DNA of 64,000 bases from an uncultured archaeon (GCA_964631205.1 CAZVWU010000001.1:28346-92345); one strand, 5' to 3'. Shown: positions 1 through 9,999, numbered from the stretch's first letter. Notes: a model not told the origin generated them from the letters alone. Program-made: numbers and translations.

Positions 1-667
1 TGACATAATGGGTTACCCTGTCCTGCTTTCTTACAAGCCTGAGCGATTTGATTTCCCTGACCGAAAACAAACGGTAGCCAAGCGCATTTATTGACCTGTA
101 TTCAGGGTAAAGGTTCGCCCAGAAATCCCCTTCACCCCTTTCTATAAAAATCCAGTCCTGGTAACCGTCTGCATTTTTTGAAATCTCCCTTAACTGGGCT
201 TCTCCCTGCTCCCTGGAAGTATAGCATACAGCAGGCCCAAGTTCAGGGTATGTGCTTACTATGCGCGAAAGATGTATAAAATTTCTCTCTTGATGGTCTT
301 GGGTATGGCCTGAGTGGATTGAACAGCTTCCGAGAATTAAAGGCGCCGCAACTGCAGCAATTGTCTGTCTCCGCATCCAAGTATATAGGAGAATAAAAAT
401 TTAAGCTAATTTTAATCAAATTATTCATCAAAATCAAGAGCGAAAACGTCACCTAGCACTTTCACTGTTTGTTCCCAGTTCATTTTGTCACCTCTATATA
501 TAGGAACCAGTGCAGCTTGAAAATTAGGCGGCAATTTTCTCAAAGCATCAATATTTTTTTCTATCCCAGGTGTCTCATTTGGAATTATCTTGCGAGAACA
601 ATCTTCTTTAAGGATCTACTTCTATTGTTTCAGGGAGGCTTGCAATGAAATCTTCCATAACCTCTTC

Positions 668-1621
668 CTAATTATTCTTCATCCTTCCATTGTTTTCTTC
701 CTCTTCCTTGACAAGCTCTTCGACTTTGTCTTTTATGCCGAGCTTTTCGATTATCTCCTTGTACCTGTTCCTGATTGTGACTTCTGTGACGCCGATTGCG
801 TCTGCGACTTCCCGCTGCGTTTTTTTCTCGCCTTCAAGCACAGCGGCTATGTAAAGCGCTGCTGATGCAACCCCGATCGGGCCCTTTCCAGAGGTGACAT
901 CGAATTCGCTTGCCTCGTCCAATATTTTCACGGCCTTTACCTGGACCCTTTCAGAAAGCCCAAGCAAAGAGCCGAACCTTGGGACATAATCCTGAGCTTT
1001 TGCAGGCAATATCCTGATCGCAAGCTTCCTCGAGATATACCTGTAAGTTTTTCCTATATCCCGCCTGCTTATACCTGAAGATTTTGAAATTTCGTCAAGT
1101 GTCCTTGGAGCCCCATGCTCCCTGCAGGTTGTATACAATAAAGCGGCTATAATGGATTCTGTTGACCTTCCCCTAACCAAGCTATCGTTTGCGGCCCGCT
1201 CATAAAGCTTTGCTACCTTTTCGTGGACTGCAGGCGACAACCCCAACTGTGAAACCAGCCTCTGGAGCTCAGAAAATGCAAAAGATAAATTTCTATCCCT
1301 TGACTTGATTAATCTCTTATGCCACTTGGCAAGCCTGTAATACTGGGCCCTTTTCTTTGAGCTAACCTTGAAAAGCTCGCCCTTTCCTTTGCCAATCTCA
1401 GTTGTAATGCCATGATCGTGTTTTGTAGGAGTCAGAGGCGCGCCTGTCCTCACCCTTTTAGACCGCTGGTTTTCATCAAAGGCACGCCATTCCTGTGTAA
1501 GGTCAATCATGCTCTCTTTCAGGACCAGCCCGCATGAGCCGCAAACGCTTTCGCCGCGTGAAGGGTCATAATTCACTTTTGCTGAGCCGCATTCCGGGCA
1601 TCCAGGTTTTTTTTGTTCCAT
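668..1621 (-). CDS. tfb: Transcription initiation factor IIB (TFB)
   Basis: 317 aa. N-terminal zinc ribbon CPECGS...CGSCG is followed by two cyclin-like repeats, which is the typical archaeal TFB architecture. Confidence 0.9.
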   Translation of the reverse strand: MEQKKPGCPECGSAKVNYDPSRGESVCGSCGLVLKESMIDLTQEWRAFDENQRSKRVRTGAPLTPTKHDHGITTEIGKGKGELFKVSSKKRAQYYRLAKWHKRLIKSRDRNLSFAFSELQRLVSQLGLSPAVHEKVAKLYERAANDSLVRGRSTESIIAALLYTTCREHGAPRTLDEISKSSGISRRDIGKTYRYISRKLAIRILPAKAQDYVPRFGSLLGLSERVQVKAVKILDEASEFDVTSGKGPIGVASAALYIAAVLEGEKKTQREVADAIGVTEVTIRNRYKEIIEKLGIKDKVEELVKEEEENNGRMKNN

Positions 1622-1740
1622 ATCTGATTTTCTAATTTACTCCCTTACGGTGAATATTAATAAAATTCATGATATAATTGCAAAGGTTATATATAAAGGT
1701 TTCGGCAGTTTATAAAGGAGACCGTCCGTTAATAAAGCCC

Positions 1741-3246
1741 TCATGGGTTGGCGTCGAATTCTAGAGTGTACCTTATGCCTTTAGGGACAGCCTTTCTCCC
1801 TGTATCTAGGAGTACGAAATTTTCTCCAACAAGATGGTTTATTTCTGGATCTGTTTTAACATTATTCACTTTTCCTCTCGCAGGAATTATTGGCTCCCTC
1901 TCCAAAGTGCAATCTGACTTAGTTTCCAGCAAGAATTTATAGTGCAAACTCCCATCCCTGTTTTTTCTTCTTATAGTATTTTGAACTAAGTCACGTACAA
2001 CTCCATTATCAGTATCTATCAACGACTCTACAGCAGGATCGCCATAAGCTATAAACCCGTCGCTTAGAAGCAGGTCAATTACTTCTTTTGATTTTATAGG
2101 CTCGCCTCTTGTATAGCCAAGCTTTCCAAGCATATACTGGGTGCTTATCTGGGATTTCCATAAAGATTCCATGAATGGGTTTCCTTCCCTGAATGCATAC
2201 CATTTCCAGCCCTGGCCTGCGTGGTTTGCTAATTCAGTAAGCCCGAAAACAGGCTGTATCCAGCCAAATATTTGGTCAGCTCCGCCGCTCCTTTGAAGAC
2301 CAAGGGCTATAGAATCTTTGCCATGGCCTATCCTTGCAAATTCGCAGTTTGTTGGGGCAGCATAAACCTTTGGGTTGTCAGACTTTAGTTCTTTCAACCT
2401 TTTCCCCTTCTCATCGTAAATATAGACTTTTCCATCAGAAGCATCGAATACAAGTTTCCAGTCTCTGTATCCAGGCTCGTCCTGTGTAGGAAAACCAAGG
2501 TCAACAGCATTGTGCGCTGCATGGCCTTCAAATCCTACAAAATCCGGATTGTTCTTAACAAAATAATCTGCAAATTCAGGCCCTGCTATTTCAACTCCAT
2601 CTTCAGCAAGTTTCTTTCCTAACTCCTTTCTCAGCCTTTTAACTTGCCTTTTGGCTTCTGAAGTTTTACGGTCTTTTGCTGTGCCAAACACAAGCCCCTG
2701 TTTTGCAAGCCTTATCGGCGGTTCCAGGCCTTTTCCAAGAACATTGCCAATTTTTCTTGCCTGTGATTTGGCAATTTTCAGAGCACCGGCAGGATCATAT
2801 CCAGTGATTATTCCGCCAACAGCGGTTGGGTAGCCTTTTTCATCTCTTAGTGCATCGTAAAATTTTACTGCAGATGATCCCCTCAAGATTCTGAAGAAGG
2901 ACTGCAAATTATCTGTTGGGAATGGTTGCGTTTCCAATCTTTCAGGCAGTTCTATATATGCAGCATGTGTTGCGCCTTCCAAATCCGCTTTTACATCTTC
3001 TACTCCATTTTTATATTTCAGAATTCTGGCTCCAGGATATTTCTCAGCCAATGTTCTGGCAACCGTTCCCCAGCCGTTATTTTCGAAAACATCTTTACCA
3101 ATAATAACAGCATGAACTGGCGTATCCTTTTTTGGCTCCCCTGAATAAGCAAAATTTTCAAGACTCCCGGCTGCATAGGTTGCTCCTGTAGCTACAGATA
3201 GCTTCAAAACTTCCCTTCTTGTGAAACCTTCATTTTGCATAGCCAT
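1741..3246 (-). CDS. Tat-signal secreted protein of unknown function
   Basis: 501 aa. The N-terminus has a twin-arginine motif, TRREVLKLSVATGATYAAG. I recognised no catalytic family. A TATA-like ttttatataa sits about 40 nt upstream on the minus strand. Confidence 0.5.
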   Translation of the reverse strand: MAMQNEGFTRREVLKLSVATGATYAAGSLENFAYSGEPKKDTPVHAVIIGKDVFENNGWGTVARTLAEKYPGARILKYKNGVEDVKADLEGATHAAYIELPERLETQPFPTDNLQSFFRILRGSSAVKFYDALRDEKGYPTAVGGIITGYDPAGALKIAKSQARKIGNVLGKGLEPPIRLAKQGLVFGTAKDRKTSEAKRQVKRLRKELGKKLAEDGVEIAGPEFADYFVKNNPDFVGFEGHAAHNAVDLGFPTQDEPGYRDWKLVFDASDGKVYIYDEKGKRLKELKSDNPKVYAAPTNCEFARIGHGKDSIALGLQRSGGADQIFGWIQPVFGLTELANHAGQGWKWYAFREGNPFMESLWKSQISTQYMLGKLGYTRGEPIKSKEVIDLLLSDGFIAYGDPAVESLIDTDNGVVRDLVQNTIRRKNRDGSLHYKFLLETKSDCTLEREPIIPARGKVNNVKTDPEINHLVGENFVLLDTGRKAVPKGIRYTLEFDANP

Positions 3247-3340
3247 AATTGCTTTCCTTCTATTAATAAATTAGAATATAACATTGTTATATAAAATGAG
3301 CCCGAAGGGGTATTCGTAACCTTCTAATTGTTTCTTTCTT

Positions 3341-3352
3341 GGGTTATAAGGC
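3341..3352. promoter_or_regulatory. Motif X (TTCTTTCTT-GGGTTATAAGGC), copy 1 of 4, inside intron 2 of tRNA-Arg(TCG)
   Basis: The 12-mer GGGTTATAAGGC is conserved in all four copies. The other three copies are at 9989-9999 (ends GGT), 20015-20026 and 20071-20082. On the reverse strand it reads as a TATA-like CCTTATAACCC followed by a purine-rich AAGAAAGAA. Confidence 0.4.
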
Positions 3353-3500
3353 TTCTTTCTTTTTTAAAGAAAGAAGGGTATATATCGAACCCTCAACCTC
3401 CCGGTCCGAAGCCGGGCGCTCTATCCAGATGCTCCCCCAAACCTTTATATCTTCACAAACTGCTACAGTTACCTTCTTTTAGGTAGGCTGTAGCCTTAAA

Positions 3501-3549
3501 GGGACGAAACTGATTGCCTATCCAATTGATCTACAATCAGTTTCAACCT
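3501..3549 (-). repeat. Palindromic element family H (GAAACYGAT...ATCRGTTTCGTCC), copy inside intron 1 of tRNA-Arg(TCG)
   Basis: Minus strand reads GAAACTGATT-[19 nt]-AATCAGTTTC-GTCCC-TTTAAGG. 10-bp perfect stem. Confidence 0.6.
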
Positions 3550-3634
3550 TCTTTTTAAAAGGCTCAGAATTGAGCTACGGGCCCATCTTAAGTATATGCT
3601 GAATTAGTTAAATAGGTAAATAAAAAGGTAGTCT

Positions 3635-4786
3635 ATGGAGCAGATATTGGCTTTCATCCTGGGCAAAAATCCTGAGCTTTCAACAGCTGAAATTTTATCC
3701 TACCTTTCTGCAAGAGGGATTGTATCCGAGGTTTTGGCCAAAGAAGAGCAGTTTTTTATTTTAAAAATATCAGACCAAAGTCTGGACATCAAAATAGAAG
3801 ATCTTGGAGGCACAATAAAAATTTGCAGAATATTTCAAGTCTCAGAATCCATAAAGGTTGAAATAGAAAATATTTTCGATTTGAACAAGGGAAAAATAAT
3901 TTTTGGTTTAAGTTTTTATAATATTAAAAACTGGCAAAGCCTTTATACAGAAATCGGCAAACAGCTCAAACAGAAGCTAAGAGAAAAAGGGATAAAATCA
4001 GGCTACTTCCACTTGCCTAAAGGCAGAAGCTATCTAAGCCATGTAGAGGTTATCAAGAAGAATTTAGTAGAAAATGGGGAGGTTGTATTCTGTTTCTCGG
4101 GGGGAAAATACTATATTGGAAAAACAATCCAAGTCCACAATCCCTTTGAATTCCAGAAGAGAGATATAGGCAGGCCTGAACAGAGAGCAATATTCTCAAT
4201 CCCTCCAAGGCTGGCAAAAATAATGGTAAATTTATTAGGTATAAAGTCAGGGATTATATTAGATCCATTCTGCGGTATCGGGACTATCCTGCAGGAAGCT
4301 GTTTTGATGGGGTTTGATGTAAGGGGGGTTGATATAGATAAAAATTGTGCAGTTTCAGCGAGAAAAAATCTTGATTGGTTGAAAAAAGAATATAGTTTAG
4401 AATTGAAAGAATTAGATAAGAAAATAATTTCAGGGGATTCCAGGAAACTCTCTAAATATTTTGGTAAAGAACCAATAGACGGAATAGCCACAGAACCTTA
4501 CCTCGGCCCACCTTTGAAAAAATATACAGAGAGGAAAAAAGCCGAAAAAATCCTTTCGGAGCTGGACGAATTGTATACAAAAGTTTTGTCTGAATGCCAT
4601 AAAATCCTGAAGTCAAGTGGGAGGGTTTGCATAATTTCCCCAAGGATAAAATTAGGCAATTCCACAATAAGCCTGAATATGCCAGAAATCTGTAAAAAAA
4701 CTAATTTCCAATTACTCCACACCTACACAGACTCCGAAGAAAGGCATCGCCTTATCAGGGAGATAAATGTGCTGGAGAAGGTCTAA
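3635..4786 (+). CDS. THUMP-domain tRNA (guanine-N2)-methyltransferase, Trm11/Trm14-like
   Basis: 383 aa. The C-terminal Rossmann domain has the SAM motif LDPFCGIGTILQEA. The N-terminal region resembles THUMP. Confidence 0.55.
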   Translation: MEQILAFILGKNPELSTAEILSYLSARGIVSEVLAKEEQFFILKISDQSLDIKIEDLGGTIKICRIFQVSESIKVEIENIFDLNKGKIIFGLSFYNIKNWQSLYTEIGKQLKQKLREKGIKSGYFHLPKGRSYLSHVEVIKKNLVENGEVVFCFSGGKYYIGKTIQVHNPFEFQKRDIGRPEQRAIFSIPPRLAKIMVNLLGIKSGIILDPFCGIGTILQEAVLMGFDVRGVDIDKNCAVSARKNLDWLKKEYSLELKELDKKIISGDSRKLSKYFGKEPIDGIATEPYLGPPLKKYTERKKAEKILSELDELYTKVLSECHKILKSSGRVCIISPRIKLGNSTISLNMPEICKKTNFQLLHTYTDSEERHRLIREINVLEKV

Positions 4787-6204
4787 TCTAAAGCTCTAAC
4801 CAACTTCTCCCTTATCTCTTTCGCATCCACCTGGCCTTTCGTCTCTTTCATTACCTGCCCAACCAAAAACTCGAGGGCCTTCTTTTCTCCGGATTGGTAA
4901 TCATTTACTGGTTTCTGGTTATTTTCTATTATTTTTTTAATTATATTTTCCAGATCAAGCTTTGTTTTCAGTAAATTGTATTTCTCCACAATCTCTTTTG
5001 CATCCCTTTTCTCCTCCACCATTTTCCTTATAGCGATCTCTGCATTCCTGTCTGTTATTTTTCCCTCTTCAAAAAGTTTCAATAAATTTATTATCCAGTC
5101 TTTTTCAAGGCCGGTCTGCTTAAACCTGAGGTTATTCCAGTTCAGCGTCTTCTTTAAATCGCCTGCAATAAAGCTTCCTGCAATTTTTGGGTCTATTTTT
5201 TTTGAGGCCTCCTCAAACAGTTCAGCAATATCGATTTCAGAAACAAGCGACTCTGCGACAGCTTCAGCCAATTTGTAATCTTTCATGAATCTCTTGTATT
5301 TCTGGTCAGGCAATTCAGGCAATTCCTTCTTCAGCGTCACTGCAAGCTGCTTCTGTACAGTAAATTTAGGCAGGTCAGGCTCCATTATATAACCGTATTC
5401 AGCCTCGGCTTCCTTTCCCCTCATTTCTTGGGTTGTCCCCAAATCAGGGTTCCAGCCCCTAGTCTGCATTTTAACCTGAACACCTCTTGTGAGCAAGCTG
5501 GCCTGCCTAATCATCTCATATTTCAAGGCATCCTCAACCTCTTTCTGGCCTGTAATATTTTTTATCTCAACCCTGTTGCCTGTTATCCCTTCACCATGCA
5601 TCGAAATATTTGCATCGCTTTTCATCACGGCCTGTGAAGTTGTGTCATAGATTCCAATATACTCCAGAATTGTTGTCAGCTTCTGCAAATACAGCCTCGC
5701 CTCCTGTGGGCTTTCAAATTCAGGCTCTGTTACTATTTCAATAAGAGGTATACCTGCCCTGTTGTAATCAACCAGAACATATTTCCCCCCAAGCCCGCCG
5801 ACATGAACTATCTTTGCAGGGTCCTCTTCTATATGTATCCTTCTTATTGTAATTTTCTTTTTCTTCCCATTCACATCTATTTCCAAAAACCCTCCAGAAG
5901 CAAGCGGGATTTCATATTGGGTTATTTGGTAATTCTTCGGCATGTCAGGATAAAAATAAGTTTTCCTTGAAAAATACATCTCATCCGCAATTCTGCAGTT
6001 CAGTGCAACGCCTACCTTTGTGGCCAGCTCGACAACTTTTTTGTTTAAGGCAGGCTTTGAGCCAGGCATCCCAAGGCATATCGGGCATGTAAGGCTGTTC
6101 GGCTCCGGCTCCTCTTTCAGATTCACCGGATTCCTGCAGCCGCAAAAAATCTTTGTAAGGCTGTTCAATTGGACATGGGTCTCAAGGCCTATCTTGACCT
6201 TCAT
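4783..6204 (-). CDS. gatB: Asp/Glu-tRNA amidotransferase subunit B (GatB)
   Basis: 473 aa. The N-terminus MKVKIGLETHVQLNSLTKIFCGC is the GatB/GatE hallmark. The length fits GatB rather than GatE. Confidence 0.8.
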   Translation of the reverse strand: MKVKIGLETHVQLNSLTKIFCGCRNPVNLKEEPEPNSLTCPICLGMPGSKPALNKKVVELATKVGVALNCRIADEMYFSRKTYFYPDMPKNYQITQYEIPLASGGFLEIDVNGKKKKITIRRIHIEEDPAKIVHVGGLGGKYVLVDYNRAGIPLIEIVTEPEFESPQEARLYLQKLTTILEYIGIYDTTSQAVMKSDANISMHGEGITGNRVEIKNITGQKEVEDALKYEMIRQASLLTRGVQVKMQTRGWNPDLGTTQEMRGKEAEAEYGYIMEPDLPKFTVQKQLAVTLKKELPELPDQKYKRFMKDYKLAEAVAESLVSEIDIAELFEEASKKIDPKIAGSFIAGDLKKTLNWNNLRFKQTGLEKDWIINLLKLFEEGKITDRNAEIAIRKMVEEKRDAKEIVEKYNLLKTKLDLENIIKKIIENNQKPVNDYQSGEKKALEFLVGQVMKETKGQVDAKEIREKLVRALD

Positions 6205-6317
6205 ATCAAGAAGTAGAATGTTTAGAAATATATAACTATTTCAGATACTTTACCATAATGATCTCATCAGCATACACTCCTTTTATTTTCCTGCCTTTCT
6301 TGATCCTCCCAATTTCT

Positions 6318-7496
6318 TTAAATCCTGATTTTGTGTAGAGTTTTTGGGCCCTTTTGTTGTTGCTGAAAACGCTTAGTTTTATGATCTCTATTATTAATTA
6401 AGATCCTATTGGTCGGTTTCTGCTTTCTTATTCTATAAATAATATAGAATAGCATTAAGTGCCTAATTATTACAAAGAAAAAGGTCAGGTAAAGAAGCTC
6501 TATGATCTCTTTATGGGCAAACCACCAGAATAGGACGAAGAAAAAGACAAGCATATTGGAGGCTTCTAGCGAATAGAAAACCCTCTTCCTGAAATCCAAT
6601 ATAACAAAGAAGACGAGGGTCCACAAAAGGAACTGCGGGGAGAAAACCTTATTGAAAAAAAGAAAAAGCATGATCGAGAGGGAGCAGAGTTCAAAAAAAT
6701 CGCTATTTCTCCTCAAGACAACTAAAAACATATAGAAAGCTCCAAACATGCCCAAAGAAATTATATTAATCATCGATGAGCTTAGAGAAGGAATAAAAAA
6801 TTGGATAACACCAAAAATAGAGTCGTAGTTTGCTGATCTTGTACTATGAAAATTATAGGTAAACAGCCACCCATTGAAATCGGCAAATATGAAATAGCTG
6901 TTCACAAGCAAAAAAGTTAATGCAAAAATAGCGAGGACCTTAAATCTATCTTCCTTTTTGGTTTTCATCAGGAGAGGGATCAAAAATACTACAGGAAATA
7001 TTTTGGAGCTTAAACCTAAAGACAAGGCTATAGAAGATTGTACAGGCTTATTTTTGATGAAAAAATAAAAAGACATCGAAACAAACATCGTGGCAATTAT
7101 ATCCCAGTTATAAATTACAAAGAAAAGGAATGTCGGGGTTAAAATCCAAAAATATAGCATTTTTTTCTTGTCAATTTTTAAGGCATCCACTATTTTATAT
7201 AAAAATATTGATGTTATTACAGCAAAAAGTGTGAGGAAAATCGAGCTCACAATATAATAATAGTTAGGCCCTGAAAATCCCATCACGTGTATAAATATCC
7301 CGGTTATTACAGGATATTCTATTTCCTTTTCGATGTATGGCAATCTAGAGTCTATGGCTTTTTGCTGAAAGACAGCCACATCGCTGTAGCCTATATAAGG
7401 AGGTATCAGACTGTTAAAGCCAGGATAGCTTACCAAAGAAGATAAAGTCGAGACTACAGAAGCTAGGATTATAAAATAAAGTAATTTATTTTCCAT
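6318..7496 (-). CDS. Polytopic membrane protein, probable GT-C-type glycosyltransferase (DUF2029-like)
   Basis: Very hydrophobic with about 10 predicted TM helices. The likely start is the internal Met, MENKLLYF. The gene is divergent from a GT39 gene and they share a TATATATAT promoter region (7497-7561). Confidence 0.4.
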   Translation of the reverse strand: MENKLLYFIILASVVSTLSSLVSYPGFNSLIPPYIGYSDVAVFQQKAIDSRLPYIEKEIEYPVITGIFIHVMGFSGPNYYYIVSSIFLTLFAVITSIFLYKIVDALKIDKKKMLYFWILTPTFLFFVIYNWDIIATMFVSMSFYFFIKNKPVQSSIALSLGLSSKIFPVVFLIPLLMKTKKEDRFKVLAIFALTFLLVNSYFIFADFNGWLFTYNFHSTRSANYDSIFGVIQFFIPSLSSSMINIISLGMFGAFYMFLVVLRRNSDFFELCSLSIMLFLFFNKVFSPQFLLWTLVFFVILDFRKRVFYSLEASNMLVFFFVLFWWFAHKEIIELLYLTFFFVIIRHLMLFYIIYRIRKQKPTNRILINNRDHKTKRFQQQQKGPKTLHKIRI

Positions 7497-7543
7497 ATTA
7501 CAGATTTTGCAGACTATTTGTATGAATATTATATATATTCTCT

Positions 7544-8959
7544 TTGCAACCAATAAATAACATGATAGAAAAAATACTGTGGAAAAATGCTATATTAATT
7601 CTTCTCATCCTCTCTTTTTTCCTGCATTTCTGGGGACTGGAAAACCCGAACGAAGTTGTTTTTGATGAGGTCCATTTCGGAAAGTTTGCGAGCAGTTACA
7701 TGAATAAGAGCTACCACTTTGATGTGCATCCGCCACTTGGCAAAATGATCATTGCTGCGGGGGGAGCACTCACTGGATTTAAACCAGGATTCAATTTCGA
7801 AACTATAGGGCTTAAGTACCCAAATCCCGCTTATTATGGACTAAGATTTTTCCCGGCTCTTGCAGGCGCACTCATACCCCTCTTAGTTTATCTGATATTA
7901 AGAAATCTCGGCGTCTCAAAAAAAATAGGCATACTCGGGATGTTGATCGTAATCTTCGAGAACTCTTTACTAACAGTATCGAGGTTTATTCTCATAGACA
8001 TCTTCCTTATTTTTTTCGGCCTGGCAGGATTGCTCTTTTATCTGATAAGCAGGAAGCAGAAAGATGGAAAGGGAAAGATTCTTGCGCTTTTGGTTTCTGG
8101 CCTTTTTCTAGGGGCCGCTTTCAGCATAAAATGGACAGGCTTAGTTTTCTGGTTTCTAGTGCTTTTAATGTCCTCGACTAATTTAATAAGGCATTTAATC
8201 AAAAAGCATCCAGAAAAAATCAAACCAATTATAATCTTCTCGGTATCAATAATTCTAGTGCCTTTGATTTTCTACACTTCTGTCTTCGCGCTCCATTTTC
8301 ACCTCCTTCCGTATTCTGGGCCTGGAGACCCTTTCATGACACCTCTATTCCAATCAACGCTTATAAACAATCCAAATTATAATCCAGATAACACAGTAGG
8401 CTTTTTCGAAAAATTTGCAGAGCTTAACCGTGTCATGCTCTCTGCAAATGCAGGCATAACAGTCACCCATCCCTATTCAATAAGCTGGTACTCCATGCCA
8501 ATTATGTACCGCTCCTTGTATTATTGGACGAAAACAGAAAATGGACTGCTGGTTTCTAGAATATATCTTTTAGGCAACCCATTTGTCTGGTGGAGCGTTC
8601 TAGTCTCAATAATATTATTTTGTTGCATGCTCGGACACTATGCAATTAAAAGAAAGTGGAGAAAGTTAAATGAAAAAGAGCTTCCAATCTTTTTATTAAT
8701 TGCATATCTCCTAAATGTATTTACATTTGCATTCATCTCGCGTGTACTATTCATCCACTACTACTTCCCATCTCTTGTCCTAGGAATAATTTTATTTTGC
8801 CTAACAACACAAAAACTTTTCGAAAGAAACCAAAAGCTTTTCTGGGGCTTCATAATTTTGATAATCGCCTCATTTATCTTTTTCAGCCCGCTGACTTATG
8901 GTATTCCACTTGATAATTTTTCTTATAACATAAGGAACTGGCTGCCTAGCTGGATTTAA
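7544..8959 (+). CDS. Dolichyl-phosphate-mannose protein mannosyltransferase family (GT39/PMT-like) glycosyltransferase
   Basis: 471 aa multi-TM protein. The motif FDEVHFGKFA...DVHPPLGKM is the GT39 N-terminal loop signature. The probable true start is at 7562 (MIEKILW). Confidence 0.75.
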   Translation: MQPINNMIEKILWKNAILILLILSFFLHFWGLENPNEVVFDEVHFGKFASSYMNKSYHFDVHPPLGKMIIAAGGALTGFKPGFNFETIGLKYPNPAYYGLRFFPALAGALIPLLVYLILRNLGVSKKIGILGMLIVIFENSLLTVSRFILIDIFLIFFGLAGLLFYLISRKQKDGKGKILALLVSGLFLGAAFSIKWTGLVFWFLVLLMSSTNLIRHLIKKHPEKIKPIIIFSVSIILVPLIFYTSVFALHFHLLPYSGPGDPFMTPLFQSTLINNPNYNPDNTVGFFEKFAELNRVMLSANAGITVTHPYSISWYSMPIMYRSLYYWTKTENGLLVSRIYLLGNPFVWWSVLVSIILFCCMLGHYAIKRKWRKLNEKELPIFLLIAYLLNVFTFAFISRVLFIHYYFPSLVLGIILFCLTTQKLFERNQKLFWGFIILIIASFIFFSPLTYGIPLDNFSYNIRNWLPSWI

Positions 8960-9351
8960 ACAATTATTTTTATATCTTGTGATTTTGTAGGTATGATTTC
9001 TAACGAACCCCTGTAAACTTCCACTATCCCAACAACATCAATCTTTATGCCTTCCTGGATTTTATCGAGTTCAAAGCCTTTCAATTTAAGCTCTTCGAGA
9101 AGGCTGTTCCATAATACAACCTTAACCTGCGTTGTGTTATCCTGCATTGTTAGGATTAAACCATTTTCTAATTTTTGTATTTTTGAAATATTGCCTGTCA
9201 CATCAACATATTTTCCTGCCATTCCTGGCTTAAGACTGGCTATAGGCAAAGCCTCTGATTGCATGTTTTGGGAAACTATGTAAAGGGAAGCAAGCCCGAT
9301 AAAAATGCCTGCAATAGAAATTCTGACCAAATTTTTCTCACTTAAAATCAT
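8956..9351 (-). CDS. Membrane-anchored OB-fold protein
   Basis: 131 aa with an N-terminal TM helix and a C-terminal beta-rich OB-like domain (VVGIVEVYRGSLEIIP). Confidence 0.35.
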   Translation of the reverse strand: MILSEKNLVRISIAGIFIGLASLYIVSQNMQSEALPIASLKPGMAGKYVDVTGNISKIQKLENGLILTMQDNTTQVKVVLWNSLLEELKLKGFELDKIQEGIKIDVVGIVEVYRGSLEIIPTKSQDIKIIV

Positions 9352-9375
9352 ATCAGCCTCATATCAGCCCCTCAG

Positions 9376-9416
9376 CTGGACATGGGTCTCTTGCCATCCA
9401 GATTTGTGTCATCCCT
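9376..9416. repeat. Palindromic element, P-variant (same termini, different core)
   Basis: CTGGACATGGGTCTCTTGCCATCCAG-ATTTG-TGTCATCCCTT. It overlaps the last codons of thpR and lies 25 nt upstream of the start of the 8956 gene. Confidence 0.5.
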
Positions 9417-9969
9417 TAAGGCTAAAACTTTCGATTTCTGTATAAATGGGCCCCTTCCCTGTTAGGGTACTTTTGAAAAGTTTTATCTCGCTGACCCCCA
9501 TCTCCCCGATAACGGATTTTTCAATGGATTTTATTTTTTCCAGGATTCTTCCCTTTTCTTTCACAAATCCAGCCCTTGCAATTGTAAGGTGCGGGTGCTG
9601 ATCATAATCTTCTTCCCTTACATCCCTCAACAAATTATTCAGCTCCTTTTCCATCTCAATTATAACTTCCCTCCCTTTCCCAACATCCAGAAAAATCACC
9701 CGAATAAATTTCGGCGGATTGAAAAAAGATAATTCTTCAAGTGAAAGTGTAAACTGTTTAAACTTCCCTGACACCAATTTTATCCTTTCTGCTATTTCTT
9801 TAACAGTGTTATCTGGAACTTCGCCCAAGAACTTCAGAGTCAGATGCAAATTTTCAGGCTCAACAAGCTTTATTTCTTTTCTGTTAGAGAATTCCTCAAA
9901 ATTTTTCTGCATACAGGCTATTTTTTCTTTTAAGCCTTCAGAAAGTTCTATTGCGACAAACAACCTCAT
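9409..9969 (-). CDS. thpR: RNA 2',3'-cyclic phosphodiesterase / 2'-5' RNA ligase (LigT/ThpR, 2H family)
   Basis: 186 aa with two H-x-T-x motifs, HLTLKFLG and HLTIAR. Confidence 0.8.
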   Translation of the reverse strand: MRLFVAIELSEGLKEKIACMQKNFEEFSNRKEIKLVEPENLHLTLKFLGEVPDNTVKEIAERIKLVSGKFKQFTLSLEELSFFNPPKFIRVIFLDVGKGREVIIEMEKELNNLLRDVREEDYDQHPHLTIARAGFVKEKGRILEKIKSIEKSVIGEMGVSEIKLFKSTLTGKGPIYTEIESFSLKG

Positions 9970-9988
9970 ACCTGATATTTTTTTCTTT

Positions 9989-9999
9989 GGGTTATAAGG
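9989..9999 (-). promoter_or_regulatory. Motif X copy positioned as a TATA box for thpR
   Basis: On the minus strand CCTTATAACCC is centred about 27 nt upstream of the thpR ATG at 9969. This is consistent with a leaderless promoter. Confidence 0.45.

Larger units (their letters stand above)
3297..3584 (-). tRNA. tRNA-Arg (anticodon TCG) interrupted by two non-canonical introns
   Basis: Exon 1 (3571-3584) is GGGCCCGTAGCTCA. Exon 2 (3385-3430) is ATCTGGATAGAGCGCCCGG-CTTCGGA-CCGGGAGGTTGAGGGTTCGA. Exon 3 (3297-3311) is ACCCCTTCGGGCTCA. Joined, they give a 75-nt cloverleaf with a 7-bp acceptor stem (one G-U), a perfect D-stem GCTC/GAGC, anticodon stem CCCGG/CCGGG with loop CTTCGGA (U33, anticodon TCG), and T-stem GAGGG/CCCTT with T-loop TTCGAAC. 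The gene is followed by TTTT. Intron 1 is about 140 nt in the D-loop and intron 2 about 73 nt in the T-loop. The exact junctions are ambiguous by 1-2 nt. Confidence 0.55.

Noticed and set aside
243-452. 69-aa minus-strand ORF at the window start, plus a 19-codon ORF behind a TATATATAG/GGTGA signal
   Set aside because: It uses a GTG start and has no recognisable domain. A small gene in the first 600 nt cannot be excluded, but there is no support for one.
590-865. 91-aa plus-strand ORF overlapping tfb
   Set aside because: It lies entirely inside the antisense strand of a well-supported TFB gene and has no motifs.
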